Source of the DNA: the human T2T-CHM13v2.0 reference genome, Homo sapiens
Strand: one strand, 5' to 3'
DNA: 64,000 nucleotides
Assembly (NCBI RefSeq): GCF_009914755.1
Contig: NC_060948.1
Below, one piece after another: positions 37,132 to 64,000 of the stretch. The notes beneath the pieces are model-generated. The model was not told the origin of the DNA. It saw nothing but the letters and a program-made list of their open reading frames with translations, and did not search any database. The position numbers were made by a program, and so were the translations under genes. How positions within the stretch are numbered: position 1 is the stretch's first letter; the number at the start of each line of letters is the position of its first letter.

Positions 37132-37893
37132 CAATGAAAGAGTCCAGTACGTTACCCAGGCTGGTCTCAAACTCCTGACTTCAAGCCATCCTCCGACCTC
37201 CACTTCCCAAAATGCTAGGACTACAGGAGTAAGGCAGTGTGCCAGGTTAACAGAATAACTTAAGCGCATCTATTTTGTTCCAGTTTTCGGCTATCTAACT
37301 CCATTTGTCTCGATTACACCCACTTATTCGGTTTAAATTATTTACGGTGCCAAAGACACATGAAACGTTTCAAATACTGCCATACAACGAAGGAGACAAT
37401 CACAGGCTTTACAGAGGCAAACTGAAACTCAGATTATTTGTGGCCCCATATTTCTACATACACTAAAGTAACACAATTTATGTCAAAATTTGATAATTCT
37501 TCCAAGCAAATCAGACACGCGACATGTGCTAACCAAAAGTGTGACTTTTTAATCGCAGTGGTTAAGTGTATTGCCTGTATTCTGAATTATCACCACATTC
37601 ACAGAGAAAACCCGCTTTAATAAAAAGTGCACATGAAAACCAATGGCGGCTTAGCACCATCTCCCACAACTAGTCGGACACATTAGGCAGTTAAAGGTAG
37701 AATCCTCAGGAAAAATCAATGAGTTTAACGAAAGTGAGTCTCTTAATAGCACTGAGGAGTTCTTTCCCCACTGACTCCTCCCGTAATTCAACACCCACAC
37801 ATAGAAAACCCATCCCCTTTTATAGACAAAATCCCAAACCTTCGCTTTCTATTCTTGCCGAGAGACCCAGCTGTCCAGAGAAACAGAAAATAC

Positions 37894-38020
37894 CTGCGCT
37901 TTTTAGTAGGACAAAGAGCCTGAGGTTCGCCTGGCCCTCAGGCCGTACGTAACCGGCTTCGGAACACCACAGGGCCAACTGCGGGAGGGACAGCTGGAGC
38001 TTCCCTGAGAGGGAAGGACG
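37894..38020 (-). other. Non-coding first exon of RBMY1 copy 1 (5' end approximate)
   Basis: Minus-strand donor CAG|GTATT at 37894/37893 at the edge of the CpG-rich region. The first coding exon has an acceptor only 4 nt before the ATG, so an upstream exon is required. Confidence 0.6.
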
Positions 38021-38500
38021 CCGGAAGCCGTGCCCGGAAATCCCGCCTACCTCCAGCGGCCAATCATTGCGAAGGCGGTGGGCGTCAGCCAGTTACTGCA
38101 AAGGCTGTGGGCGTGTCCTGAGGCCGCTCCGCCCCAGCAGGCCTGCGGCTCCATCATCTCGCGGTAACTCTTCCGAGACCACGCTTGTGCCACGTGGCGG
38201 GCCGCGGTGGATTAAGGCACACGCGAACTGTGAGCCCTTTGCAATTGTGGGCATGGAAGACCTACACCCTAACTGGCATCCTGAGTGTGGCAAGACATTA
38301 ACTAACCCACAGGGAACACATGAAACATCTCACTTCATTAGGCAGGCTAGGCTGATGGTACTGAATATTGCGGATCCAGAGGGGAGAGAGAGGGACCAGC
38401 GCTGCTGCTGGGGCGAGGGCAGCAGCGGTGGCTTGGGGGGATTGGGGCAGGGCGGGTGCGTGGGACTAAAGTCGACTGGTACGTTGCTGAGGTGGAATTC
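37930..38500. promoter_or_regulatory. CpG-rich TATA-less RBMY1 promoter, copy 1
   Basis: High CpG density; CCGGAA twice (38021, 38034), TCCCGCC (38041), CCAAT (38060), GC box, palindrome GCCACGTGGC (38189-38198). Confidence 0.7.
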
Positions 38501-38899
38501 ATCTGCACCAGAAGCTGAAACCCTGCAAGGATTCTGTCAGGTCTAGGCAAATACATACTCCGAGTTCCATGGTTCCTCCCTGAGGATGCTGTACTCACAG
38601 GGGCATTCCAAAGGACTTCTCATCCTGTGCCCTGGGCACACGGGAGGCCTACCGCCATGGTCGCCAATGCAGTGATCCGTGTGCACTGCTTTGCTGGTGC
38701 AGAGGCTCTCACAAGTGCAGTGGTGGCCGTGTGCCTGCTAGCGGGGCTCTGGAAGCCAGGGCCTTGGCATCCGACTCCAGGGCTGCCGTGCGCAGCTAAC
38801 CCTGCTGGGTAGCTGAGCCCCAGTGTGAGTGTGACAGGCTAAGGGCCCTGTGGGGCCCCCCAGGAACCCTGTTCCACATAGGTGTAGGATGTGGTTCTC

Positions 38900-41120
38900 A
38901 GCAGGGCAAGGCCCGCAGGCCTCTCCTGGAGTTGCCCCCAGAGTTGACGGGTGCCGGGGGGGTGGGGTGGGAGGCACAGGCTTTGCTCTGTTGGAGCCTC
39001 AAGGAGGGCACCATGTTAAGGCTGGAGGCTGTGCAGGAGAGGATGGTCTGTGCACAGAGCAGGAAGACAACCCTGGGGGGAGAGGCATGCTAGTGGGGGA
39101 TGACATCATTGCAGAGATGGAGGTGGTGGCCAAGGAGGAAGGCCAATGTGGAGCCACAGCAGGAGGACCTGCAGGCACAGCCTGGCCCTGGCCCCAGTAC
39201 GCCCCGGCCAGCAACAGACTCGCTGGACGTCCTTCACTTGGAGCTCGGCTACGTGAATGTCCCAGGCCACAGGGCATCCCCGGCTTCTGGGCCAGAGCCA
39301 TATCCTTGCAGCTGCCAATTCGGGATGGTTGGCAGCAGGGGATGGGCGCGGAGCTCCCGGGAGCGGAGGTGGGGGGAAACAAGGTGGTAGGCACTGGCGG
39401 TCAGCCAGGATTCAGGGCATGGGGGACAACAAGGGGAACTGAGAACAGGCTCATGCGGATAGGAGGGCAGCTTAATTGCATGTGCCCTGAGGGCATGTGG
39501 TAGGGACAGGAAGCCAAGCACAGCACTCACCAGGGAGAATAGCAGCGCCAAGGACCCATCATAACAGCAGAAAGTTGAAGGATACGATTCACCGGGAAAG
39601 TCCCTGGAGGAAGGGGAGTCTGCATGCCCATGCCAGCCACGGAACTTCCCTGCTCCCCTTGCCTGTGTCCAGCAAGCTTACCCCAGAAACACAAGGTGCT
39701 CAAGACTCGGTGTCACTGTGCACGGGGCTGCTGTCCTATGCAAGGCAGGCACTATCTCCCCAGACACAATTTCTTCCCTCTGCCAGCGCTGCACCCAAAG
39801 ATGTTTAGGCCCTGAGTATATATAAGCTCCCTTGAAACCACTCGAGCTCCACGGGGAGAGCCAGGCACAGCCCCGTAGCTACTTCTACCCACAGCGGTTG
39901 CCTGGGGTGGACACGTGCACCCCTCAGGGAGACCAGGAGAAGGAGAGACGGCACACCCAGACAGCAGCAGAGCCTGTCCAGCACCCAGCACAGGAGGGCC
40001 TCCTGCAGCTCAGAAACGCCGAGCAAGTAGTCGCCTCACACAACAACACCCCGCCCCCAACCCCCTGCCCACTTCTTCAGTGCCAGCCCCTGGTCAGAGC
40101 AGGTTGTCTGGGCCTGCCTCCACCCACCACCAAGACCACCACAGCTCTGATGGTGCCCTCCACGCCAGACAGAGACAGAGGACCTGGAAGGGAAGGTGCC
40201 CTGCCCCACACTCTCCGTGCTCTTGCAAAGTTGCAGGGTGTTTCCTTGCACGCCCACCCAATCATCCGGCGGCTCCTTGACCAGAGGCAGATTGTGCGGC
40301 ACACCGAGATGTTGGCCGGGATCACAAATGATGATGAAGTCCTGCTAAGCTACGTACGTGATGGATTTGCAGGTCGGGCTAAGGAGCCTGAGTCTTCGGG
40401 AGGGGTCTGGTGTCTGGGTCAGGTTGAGGTACCCCTGGGACCCGGGGGTGTCTCAATGAGAGAGTTGGGAAGGAGAAACACATGCTTCACCCCAGCTAAC
40501 AGGTCACCTCACCCCAGCTACATGAAATGCTCCTTTGAGTACGTCCTCTTTCTCCTTCTTGGCCAGGTAAGGGGAGGAAAGCAACTCTTCCGGGTACCGG
40601 CAGCAGGATGAAGTTTTCCTTTTATCACAGTCTCTACTTCCACAATGAAGTGATCATTCAGGAGTACTGCCTTGGCATCCTCGGTAAGGAGCGCCTCCCA
40701 GCATGGTAGGGGAGCTGGTGTGTGGGAGGGTAGGTCTGGCATGAACCTTCCTGACTCCTCTCTCTGCAGGATACGGGATGTCTCATTCCACTGCAGTCTA
40801 GTGGTTGTGGGATCATGAAGGTCAAGCCTCCAGCTGCAGGCCGTACAGCTCCTACCTGACCTTCTTCAGCTGGTTGGCTGACCATGACTGCCCAGGTTCT
40901 GGCAGGATTGCTGAGGTGAGCGCCAGGTAGGGCATCATGGGAAAGGATCTTGCTGGTCATTCCTTGGCCTCTGGGGAACTGGCTTTGAGCCATGACCTGA
41001 ACTAACCTGTACCCACTTCTGCAGTCCCCTAGATCATCAGCCAGAGCCTGTAGCTCAATCCCCTGCAGTACTTCTCCAGGGAGGGAGGCCATTAGAGAGT
41101 GAACAGAGAGGAGGCCAGGT
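38900..41120 (+). pseudogene. Intron-containing TSPY-family pseudogene, head-to-head with RBMY1 copy 1
   Basis: Exon 1 (~38900-39299) has AQALLCWSLKEGTMLRLEAVQE / DDIIAEMEVVAKEE / QPGPGPSTP...LELGYVN / GIPGFWAR, with frameshifts, an internal deletion and donor GT->AT. Exon 2 from 40291 IVRHTEMLAGITNDDEVLLSY; exon 3 to 40683 includes LYFHNEVIIQEY; exon 4 40770-40915 ends GSGRIAE; exon 5 41033-41118 IISQSL*LNPLQYF. Confidence 0.88.
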
Positions 41121-42259
41121 GAGCAGTCTGGGGCTGGGGACTGAGAGGCGGTTGATTCCTGGAGTTGTGCCCCACATGGAGAAACCAAGCCTCAGGGAGG
41201 TGACTGCAGTGAGCAATCCCACGCCATCCATGGGCTGGCGGAGAAATGGCCATCAAAGAACTGTAACACCCACATTTTAGGATTGGGGCACCTTCAGCCG
41301 CCTAAGAGGAATAAGTGTCTAAGGTCAGTGGGTGAGAAGCAAGGCTCAAGTGGTAGCTGTCTCATCATCCCTCACCGGCTGAGGCCTGAGGCCGGCTACC
41401 ACTTGGGGCTCAGTTTGGGCTCAACCAGGGCCCTCTCACCCTCCACGCAGATATCCTCCCAAGGCCCCTCTCTATGTCTTCCCTGATGGGCTGTCCCACG
41501 CCCATCATTTTTTGTTACAATGATCCCAGGCTTCCCTGAGATGCTTTCTGCCCTCTGCCATCATCACCCACACTTCCCTGCCCCACCCTGCCCCACCAGA
41601 CAAGAGAGGCCGCTACACAGGGAATCTGGAGAACCACACTGGGCTCACAGGGGAGGAAATGTGAAGAGATTGCAAAATGGATGAGCCCTTCATTGTGTGT
41701 CCAGGGAGGGAACCTGGCTGGGAATTAAGGCCCACCTGAGTAGTGGTGTGGACACCCAGTGTTACTTATCATGATGAAGACCTGCTTTGTCACATCCCCT
41801 AATATTAATATGGAAGTTATTTTCTTGGAACAGTGAAACAATGTGTACAAAGAAATAGTGTTTGTTCAGATTTGTGTAGAAATACTGCAGACGCGTCCCT
41901 TTTCCATTACAATTCTTATGTGAGACTTGAAGTGTTTATTGAGTTGTAAGATACATTTTGATGGTTCTGCCCCCAGCAAATTTTACGATCATGTTTGCAC
42001 TGTAGAGACATGGAATCCAGAAAAGTTTTGAGTGACTTTCAGCTTCTTGTAGAGTACTTACTTGTAAATTTTGAATTTTTTTCCGTATAGTTCTCTTCAG
42101 TTTATTATTTTAATTTTATGTGCAAGGTGATTCATTTGTTTTATTTGCCTTTTGTGGAAACTTTGTTTTAATGTACTTTCTGTTTTCCGTTAGATATGCG
42201 AGTTGAACTGTGAGTACAAAATTTTTATTTTCATTTTTTAGTTGTTTTGGGGTGTCTGT

Positions 42260-42547
42260 GTGTGTTTTGAGGAGTACTGCTCTGTCACCCAGGCTGGAGT
42301 GAAGTGGCAGGATCTCGGCTCAACCTCAACCTCCGCCTCCCAGCTTCAAGCAATTCCCCTGCCTCGGCCTTCTGAGGAGTTGGGATTACTGGTGCATGCC
42401 ACCATGTGCAGCTAATTTTTGTATTTTTAGTCAAGACTGGGTTTCACCATATTTGCCAGGCTGGTCTCCGACTCCTCACCTCAACTGATCCACCCACTTT
42501 TGCCTGCCAAACTGCCAGGCTTACAGCGTGAGCCACCATGCCCAGCC
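42260..42547 (-). mobile_element. AluS (antisense)
   Basis: tgctctgtcacccaggctggagtg...ctaatttttgtatttttagt...gagccaccatgcccagcc. Confidence 0.9.
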
Positions 42548-42844
42548 TCATTTATTTGTTTCTGTATTAGAACCCTTCTTGTATACTCTTCATGTACACA
42601 CATTTTAGAGTGAATGGAAGAGTGTATTTTATTTATTTAGTCAATAGTAGAATTTTAAACGCAATGTTTTTATTCAGTAAATACAGTATTGTGAATAGGT
42701 TAAACCTAGTATAGTATTGTCATTCTCTCTTTCATAAATTTTTCAAGAACGCTGATACTGTTTCCGTCCCCCCGCCTCCGAGGAGAACACGCAGATAGGT
42801 CCAAAAAATTGTGGAAGTGAGTGGGTATGAAAATATAATTTGAA

Positions 42845-43130
42845 GGCCGGACGGGGTGTTTCACGCCTGCAATCCCCACACTTTCGGAGGCCAAGGCTGG
42901 TGGATTACCAGACGTCAGAAGTTCAAGACCAGCGGGGTCAACATGGTGAAACCCCACCTCTACTAAATATTCGAAAATTAGCTGGGCATGGTGGCAGGTT
43001 CCTGTAATCCTAGCTATTTGGGAGGCTGAGGCAGGAGAATCGGTTGAACCCAAGAGGCGGTGGTTGCAGTGAGCCAAGATCACGCCACTGCACTACAGCC
43101 TGGGTCACAAGACCAAAGCTTTGTCTCCAC
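42845..43130 (+). mobile_element. AluS
   Basis: ggccggacggggtgtttcacgcctgcaatcccc...ggaggctgaggcaggagaatc...gcagtgagccaagatcacgccactgcac. Confidence 0.9.
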
Positions 43131-43214
43131 CACCCCACACCCCCCAAGAAAGCATTATTTTGGGAAAAACCCATCCAGCACTTGTAAAAATAAGGAATTA
43201 TTAGGCATGGCCAC

Positions 43215-43740
43215 TGTAGTGGTCTGAAACACACTTTGAAATTCTTCTCAAACCCATTTGAAAATATTCCTGATGGAACTGAACACAGTACTTGCTTCTA
43301 ATGTATAGAAAACACTGCAAGCAGTTTCTGGATACTGGACCACCTCTGGCCTAGTTTAGAGACGGTGACACGGCTCTGCCTAGGTCTCCTGCTCTCATGG
43401 CGACAAACCCCTTAGGAGCCCCCGACCAGTACATCACGCAGTCTAACACCCTGATAACACTATGCAGAAGGGACATCCAATGGAGAGACTCAAAGAAACA
43501 GAACAAGATGTCTGAGCATCTCAGCAGTCCAGCCCCTGCTATTTGAGTCACGCTAGCCATGGCACCAGGGAGATGAGAAGACACCCGCCAATGTCCCCAT
43601 CTTTGGCCATCACTAGATTGCATCCTCCTGAGCGCCCCTGAACCACATTCATTTGGCTGAGAGACTGAGGGCGATTGCAGAGACTGACAGTTAGTAAATT
43701 ATAATTATGGTTTTAAGCCACTAAGTTTTAGATAATTCTG
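43215..43740 (+). mobile_element. MaLR (MLT1-type) LTR, paralog of 19632-20170
   Basis: Same motifs; ends near ggttttaagccactaagttttag. Confidence 0.55.
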
Positions 43741-44237
43741 AAAAGCACTTTAGACTCCTAGAAAAACTGTGTCGTCTACTGACTTCATTGCAGAGAGCTG
43801 TAAAGGCCAACATCATGAATGCTAATACCCTGGAAAAGTCAAATCATCGAGACTCTTCTAAGCACAACAGATCTTTAATGTCCCTTCGCTATGGCTGGAG
43901 AATAATCTAACATGTATCTGATAGAGTTGTTGGAAAGCCTCTGTTCACATCTCTCAGCCTGGTATGGGTCAACTCTGGTCTGCTTTAATTCTAGGCAACT
44001 GCAGCAGCTCACCTTTCATTTAGGTCGTGGCCTACACTGATTTTTTTTGATCACTGACTGTGTCTTTGTCTGTGTGTGTATGTTTTGTGTGTTACCATAT
44101 TTTATCTGAGGAGGCTAAATAGTAGTACTATAATTGTTTTGTAAACATAAAACATTCCAGGAAGTCAATATTGCTTATCAATCGAGCTTTAAAACAGATA
44201 CGAAATTAGACATGACAAGATGCCACGTCTAGTATCA

Positions 44238-46535
<2,298 letters not shown>

Positions 46536-47150
46536 CTGATACTATCCCAACCACTCTAGATTATTCCTATCTGTAAGAACATATTACTAAACCATTACTT
46601 ACAACATCCACTGTCAAAATATTCAAGAAAAAATTAACGTGGGAACCTCACAAGACAAAACACTTACTTTCCACTATTTAAACTACGAACATTTAAATTC
46701 ATTATGCTACGCACCTGAGAAACTTAGCTGGTTCACTTCTGATTTAGGTGAAAAAAAAAGTTTTCATTACCGTTATCCTCTTCAGTCACAGAATGCTTCA
46801 CATAGAATGTTCCGGATGTCTTAAACTTTAGTATCAATACATCTAATGATTTCCTTTGACCTGTACTATTCCTCTAAAAAATAAACGTTTTATGGTGAGG
46901 CAGACAGTTTTGTAGTCTTTCTGAAGACTTCTCCAACATTTTAACCTTGTTAGTTTTTAAAGAGAAACAGCCTAATTACAAAACTTGAGCAGCTTGCAAG
47001 GGCGACATAACACATCCCTAATTTTGTACCTATGTTCAAAGAAACAAAGGAAAATGTACAACAGACTACACAATTTACTCTCCTATTGAATTTGCTTTAA
47101 GCATGCGCGGCTAACCAATAACACCAGGCATCTTGCAGTACATGTCAAAT

Positions 47151-47156
47151 TTTATT
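47151..47156 (-). terminator. Probable polyadenylation signal of RBMY1 copy 2
   Basis: TTTATT on the plus strand, paralogous to 23611. Confidence 0.6.
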
Positions 47157-47410
47157 GTGAAAATTTTAAGGTAGATATTACATCTAAACACTTTTCAAAT
47201 AGCATCAACAAGTATGAAATTACTTTGAAAACAATTCCTTTTCCTTTGAATACCTCAAAAAATTCATGGAGGAAGTTAGTATCTACCTCTCTCCACAAAA
47301 CCAACATGTTTCTTTCAGTAATATGCAGGTAACAATGCAGAAATAACATTTCAATTTTTGATTTGCAAACAAGGATTGGTATGCAATAACTATTACTTTC
47401 AATGCTTGCT

Positions 47411-59578
<12,168 letters not shown>

Positions 59579-59913
59579 TTATCTATATTTAGATATAAAT
59601 AAGCTAAAAAGATAAAATTTTATTACATACTGTGCTGAAAACCCAAGTAAAATTCCCTTCCTGAGGCTGACATCTTTTTAGTATTTCTTACTTTATATAT
59701 GTAAAATTTGTAACACTCAGAGCAAAGGGGCACTAACTTCATGGACAAATGCTGCATTTTAGTATGTACCTGACAAAAATCTCATTTCTAAAAATTAGAT
59801 AAGAAAAGCTATTGTAATTTTCCTCAGTTGCAATATGAAGAATGTCCCCATTTAAATAATTTTATTTGAAAAGAATCTATTTATGAGGTACAGTGTGATG
59901 TTTTGCATATTTT

Positions 59914-60184
59914 CTTTCTTGAGATGTCTGTCTCCTGTCGCCAAAGTGAACTGCTCACTGCAGGCTCTTCCACCCAGCCTCAACTGATCTTCCTACATCT
60001 CAGCTTCCCAAGTAGCTAGTACTACAGGCGCTTTCTACCACAGCTGGGCAATTTTTTGTATTTTTAAAAATAGACAAGGGTTTCCCCATAGTGCCCAAGC
60101 TAGTCTCCAAATCTTCGGCTCAAGTGTTCTGCCGGCTTGGGACTACCAAAGTGATGGGATTTCAAGGGTGACTCACCACACTCA
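59914..60184 (-). mobile_element. Old Alu (antisense), copy 2
   Basis: Paralog of 36385-36655. Confidence 0.75.
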
Positions 60185-60290
60185 GCATGATATTTGGATA
60201 AGAGATTAAATCAAGCTACTTAAAATGTTCTAGGAGGAGAATATTTTAAATATTTTACCATCTTTTAGTGATTTGAAATATACAATAGGT

Positions 60291-60660
60291 CAAAGATCCC
60301 CAAACCCTAGCCTTCAACCCGTACCTATCTGTGGCCTGAATGTGATGCCGGAGGATGACCTGCAATACCTGTCTGTGGAGAATGTAACGCCTGAGGATGA
60401 CCTGAGGTGGTACAGTTTTATCCGGAAACCATCCTCCCTACTCCCTCGCTGGCCCTCCCTGTCCCCGTGACAGCCTCACTGCCCCACCTGGCCTCTGTCA
60501 CATTGCTCCTACCGGAAGACCCGCCCCACCACGTGCCCCTCGGAGACCTGCCGCCAGCCCCCACTCCCAAACCTGTCCACCTCGCCGCCTTCTTCCCCTG
60601 CGCAACCTTTCTCTGAGGAAAAACTGACTTCCACTAAACCAGTCCCTGATGCGAAAATAG
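60291..60660 (+). mobile_element. MER1-like DNA transposon relic, copy 2
   Basis: Paralog of 36762-37131. Confidence 0.6.
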
Positions 60661-61422
60661 CAATGAAAGAGTCCAGTACGTTACCCAGGCTGGTCTCAAA
60701 CTCCTGACTTCAAGCCATCCTCCGACCTCCACTTCCCAAAATGCTAGGACTACAGGAGTAAGGCAGTGTGCCAGGTTAACAGAATAACTTAAGCGCATCT
60801 ATTTTGTTCCAGTTTTCGGCTATCTAACTCCATTTGTCTCGATTACACCCACTTATTCGGTTTAAATTATTTACGGTGCCAAAGACACATGAAACGTTTC
60901 AAATACTGCCATACAACGAAGGAGACAATCACAGGCTTTACAGAGGCAAACTGAAACTCAGATTATTTGTGGCCCCATATTTCTACATACACTAAAGTAA
61001 CACAATTTATGTCAAAATTTGATAATTCTTCCAAGCAAATCAGACACGCGACATGTGCTAACCAAAAGTGTGACTTTTTAATCGCAGTGGTTAAGTGTAT
61101 TGCCTGTATTCTGAATTATCACCACATTCACAGAGAAAACCCGCTTTAATAAAAAGTGCACATGAAAACCAATGGCGGCTTAGCACCATCTCCCACAACT
61201 AGTCGGACACATTAGGCAGTTAAAGGTAGAATCCTCAGGAAAAATCAATGAGTTTAACGAAAGTGAGTCTCTTAATAGCACTGAGGAGTTCTTTCCCCAC
61301 TGACTCCTCCCGTAATTCAACACCCACACATAGAAAACCCATCCCCTTTTATAGACAAAATCCCAAACCTTCGCTTTCTATTCTTGCCGAGAGACCCAGC
61401 TGTCCAGAGAAACAGAAAATAC

Positions 61423-62030
61423 CTGCGCTTTTTAGTAGGACAAAGAGCCTGAGGTTCGCCTGGCCCTCAGGCCGTACGTAACCGGCTTCGGAACACCACA
61501 GGGCCAACTGCGGGAGGGACAGCTGGAGCTTCCCTGAGAGGGAAGGACGCCGGAAGCCGTGCCCGGAAATCCCGCCTACCTCCAGCGGCCAATCATTGCG
61601 AAGGCGGTGGGCGTCAGCCAGTTACTGCAAAGGCTGTGGGCGTGTCCTGAGGCCGCTCCGCCCCAGCAGGCCTGCGGCTCCATCATCTCGCGGTAACTCT
61701 TCCGAGACCACGCTTGTGCCACGTGGCGGGCCGCGGTGGATTAAGGCACACGCGAACTGTGAGCCCTTTGCAATTGTGGGCATGGAAGACCTACACCCTA
61801 ACTGGCATCCTGAGTGTGGCAAGACATTAACTAACCCACAGGGAACACATGAAACATCTCACTTCATTAGGCAGGCTAGGCTGATGGTACTGAATATTGC
61901 GGATCCAGAGGGGAGAGAGAGGGACCAGCGCTGCTGCTGGGGCGAGGGCAGCAGCGGTGGCTTGGGGGGATTGGGGCAGGGCGGGTGCGTGGGACTAAAG
62001 TCGACTGGTACGTTGCTGAGGTGGAATTCA
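61423..62030 (-). promoter_or_regulatory. RBMY1 copy 2 non-coding exon 1 and CpG-rich promoter
   Basis: Paralog of 37894-38500 at +23529; no differences noticed by eye. Confidence 0.7.
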
Positions 62031-62428
62031 TCTGCACCAGAAGCTGAAACCCTGCAAGGATTCTGTCAGGTCTAGGCAAATACATACTCCGAGTTCCATG
62101 GTTCCTCCCTGAGGATGCTGTACTCACAGGGGCATTCCAAAGGACTTCTCATCCTGTGCCCTGGGCACACGGGAGGCCTACCGCCATGGTCGCCAATGCA
62201 GTGATCCGTGTGCACTGCTTTGCTGGTGCAGAGGCTCTCACAAGTGCAGTGGTGGCCGTGTGCCTGCTAGCGGGGCTCTGGAAGCCAGGGCCTTGGCATC
62301 CGACTCCAGGGCTGCCGTGCGCAGCTAACCCTGCTGGGTAGCTGAGCCCCAGTGTGAGTGTGACAGGCTAAGGGCCCTGTGGGGCCCCCCAGGAACCCTG
62401 TTCCACATAGGTGTAGGATGTGGTTCTC

Positions 62429-64000
62429 AGCAGGGCAAGGCCCGCAGGCCTCTCCTGGAGTTGCCCCCAGAGTTGACGGGTGCCGGGGGGGTGGGGTGGG
62501 AGGCACAGGCTTTGCTCTGTTGGAGCCTCAAGGAGGGCACCATGTTAAGGCTGGAGGCTGTGCAGGAGAGGATGGTCTGTGCACAGAGCAGGAAGACAAC
62601 CCTGCGGGGAGAGGCATGCTAGTGGGGGATGACATCATTGCAGAGATGGAGGTGGTGGCCAAGGAGGAAGGCCAATGTGGAGCCACAGCAGGAGGACCTG
62701 CAGGCACAGCCTGGCCCTGGCCCCAGTACGCCCCGGCCAGCAACAGACTCGCTGGACGTCCTTCACTTGGAGCTCGGCTACGTGAATGTCCCAGGCCACA
62801 GGGCATCCCCGGCTTCTGGGCCAGAGCCATATCCTTGCAGCTGCCAATTCGGGATGGTTGGCAGCAGGGGATGGGCGCGGAGCTCCCGGGAGCGGAGGTG
62901 GGGGGAAACAAGGTGGTAGGCACTGGCGGTCAGCCAGGATTCAGGGCATGGGGGACAACAAGGGGAACTGAGAACAGGCTCATGCGGATAGGAGGGCAGC
63001 TTAATTGCATGTGCCCTGAGGGCATGTGGTAGGGACAGGAAGCCAAGCACAGCACTCACCAGGGAGAATAGCAGCGCCAAGGACCCATCATAACAGCAGA
63101 AAGTTGAAGGATACGATTCACCGGGAAAGTCCCTGGAGGAAGGGGAGTCTGCATGCCCATGCCAGCCACGGAACTTCCCTGCTCCCCTTGCCTGTGTCCA
63201 GCAAGCTTACCCCAGAAACACAAGGTGCTCAAGACTCGGTGTCACTGTGCACGGGGCTGCTGTCCTATGCAAGGCAGGCACTATCTCCCCAGACACAATT
63301 TCTTCCCTCTGCCAGCGCTGCACCCAAAGATGTTTAGGCCCTGAGTATATATAAGCTCCCTTGAAACCACTCGAGCTCCACGGGGAGAGCCAGGCACAGC
63401 CCCGTAGCTACTTCTACCCACAGCGGTTGCCTGGGGTGGACACGTGCACCCCTCAGGGAGACCAGGAGAAGGAGAGACGGCACACCCAGACAGCAGCAGA
63501 GCCTGTCCAGCACCCAGCACAGGAGGGCCTCCTGCAGCTCAGAAACGCCGAGCAAGTAGTCGCCTCACACAACAACACCCCGCCCCCAACCCCCTGCCCA
63601 CTTCTTCAGTGCCAGCCCCTGGTCAGAGCAGGTTGTCTGGGCCTGCCTCCACCCACCACCAAGACCACCACAGCTCTGATGGTGCCCTCCACGCCAGACA
63701 GAGACAGAGGACCTGGAAGGGAAGGTGCCCTGCCCCACACTCTCCGTGCTCTTGCAAAGTTGCAGGGTGTTTCCTTGCACGCCCACCCAATCATCCGGCG
63801 GCTCCTTGACCAGAGGCAGATTGTGCGGCACACCGAGATGTTGGCCGGGATCACAAATGATGATGAAGTCCTGCTAAGCTACGTACGTGATGGATTTGCA
63901 GGTCGGGCTAAGGAGCCTGAGTCTTCGGGAGGGGTCTGGTGTCTGGGTCAGGTTGAGGTACCCCTGGGACCCGGGGGTGTCTCAATGAGAGAGTTGGGAA
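62429..64000 (+). pseudogene. TSPY-family pseudogene (exons 1-2 visible; truncated by window end)
   Basis: Paralog of 38900-40471; contains DDIIAEMEVVAKEE, GIPGFWAR and IVRHTEMLAGITNDDEVLLSY. Confidence 0.88.

Noticed and set aside
38850-40611. 217 aa and 259 aa plus-strand ORFs near the TSPY pseudogene (217 aa paralog at 62379-63032)
   Set aside because: They contain only short in-frame TSPY patches joined to intron sequence; frameshifts and a dead exon 1 donor preclude a TSPY protein.

Overview
Human (hominid) Y-chromosome ampliconic DNA from the AZFb RBMY1 cluster. From left to right: the 5' part of a decayed HERV-E-family provirus on the minus strand (LTR2-type LTR, tRNA-Glu-like primer site, broken gag; 1-1677) inserted into a degenerate ~2.1-2.5 kb tandem array of NORF/TTTY type (1678-9040); an AT-rich spacer ending in a 5'-inverted L1; an old intron-containing TSPY pseudogene (14815-17100, +); then two head-to-tail copies of a ~23.54 kb composite unit. 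Each unit carries an intact minus-strand RBMY1 gene and a head-to-head TSPY pseudogene. I reconstructed 11 coding exons with canonical GT-AG sites, totalling 1491 nt = 496 aa + stop (RRM plus four 37-aa SRGY exons). The two RBMY1 copies are about 99.9% identical by eye and differ at H126Q and S400A; paralog names RBMY1D/RBMY1E are tentative. I see no wholly new gene system. The most interesting fine structure is (i) a fifth, dead SRGY exon with both splice sites mutated and two stops, (ii) a ~58 bp twin-primed micro-L1 with a 15 bp target-site duplication present in four of five SRGY repeat units, which orders the exon amplification, (iii) a sharp identity step inside an Alu marking a recombination or conversion boundary, (iv) a compact E2F6/E-box/MYB/ETS promoter lying between RBMY1 and the TSPY pseudogene, and (v) hints that the TSPY pseudogenes form a distinct diverged sublineage. 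Repeat subfamily calls and identities are by eye, not computed.
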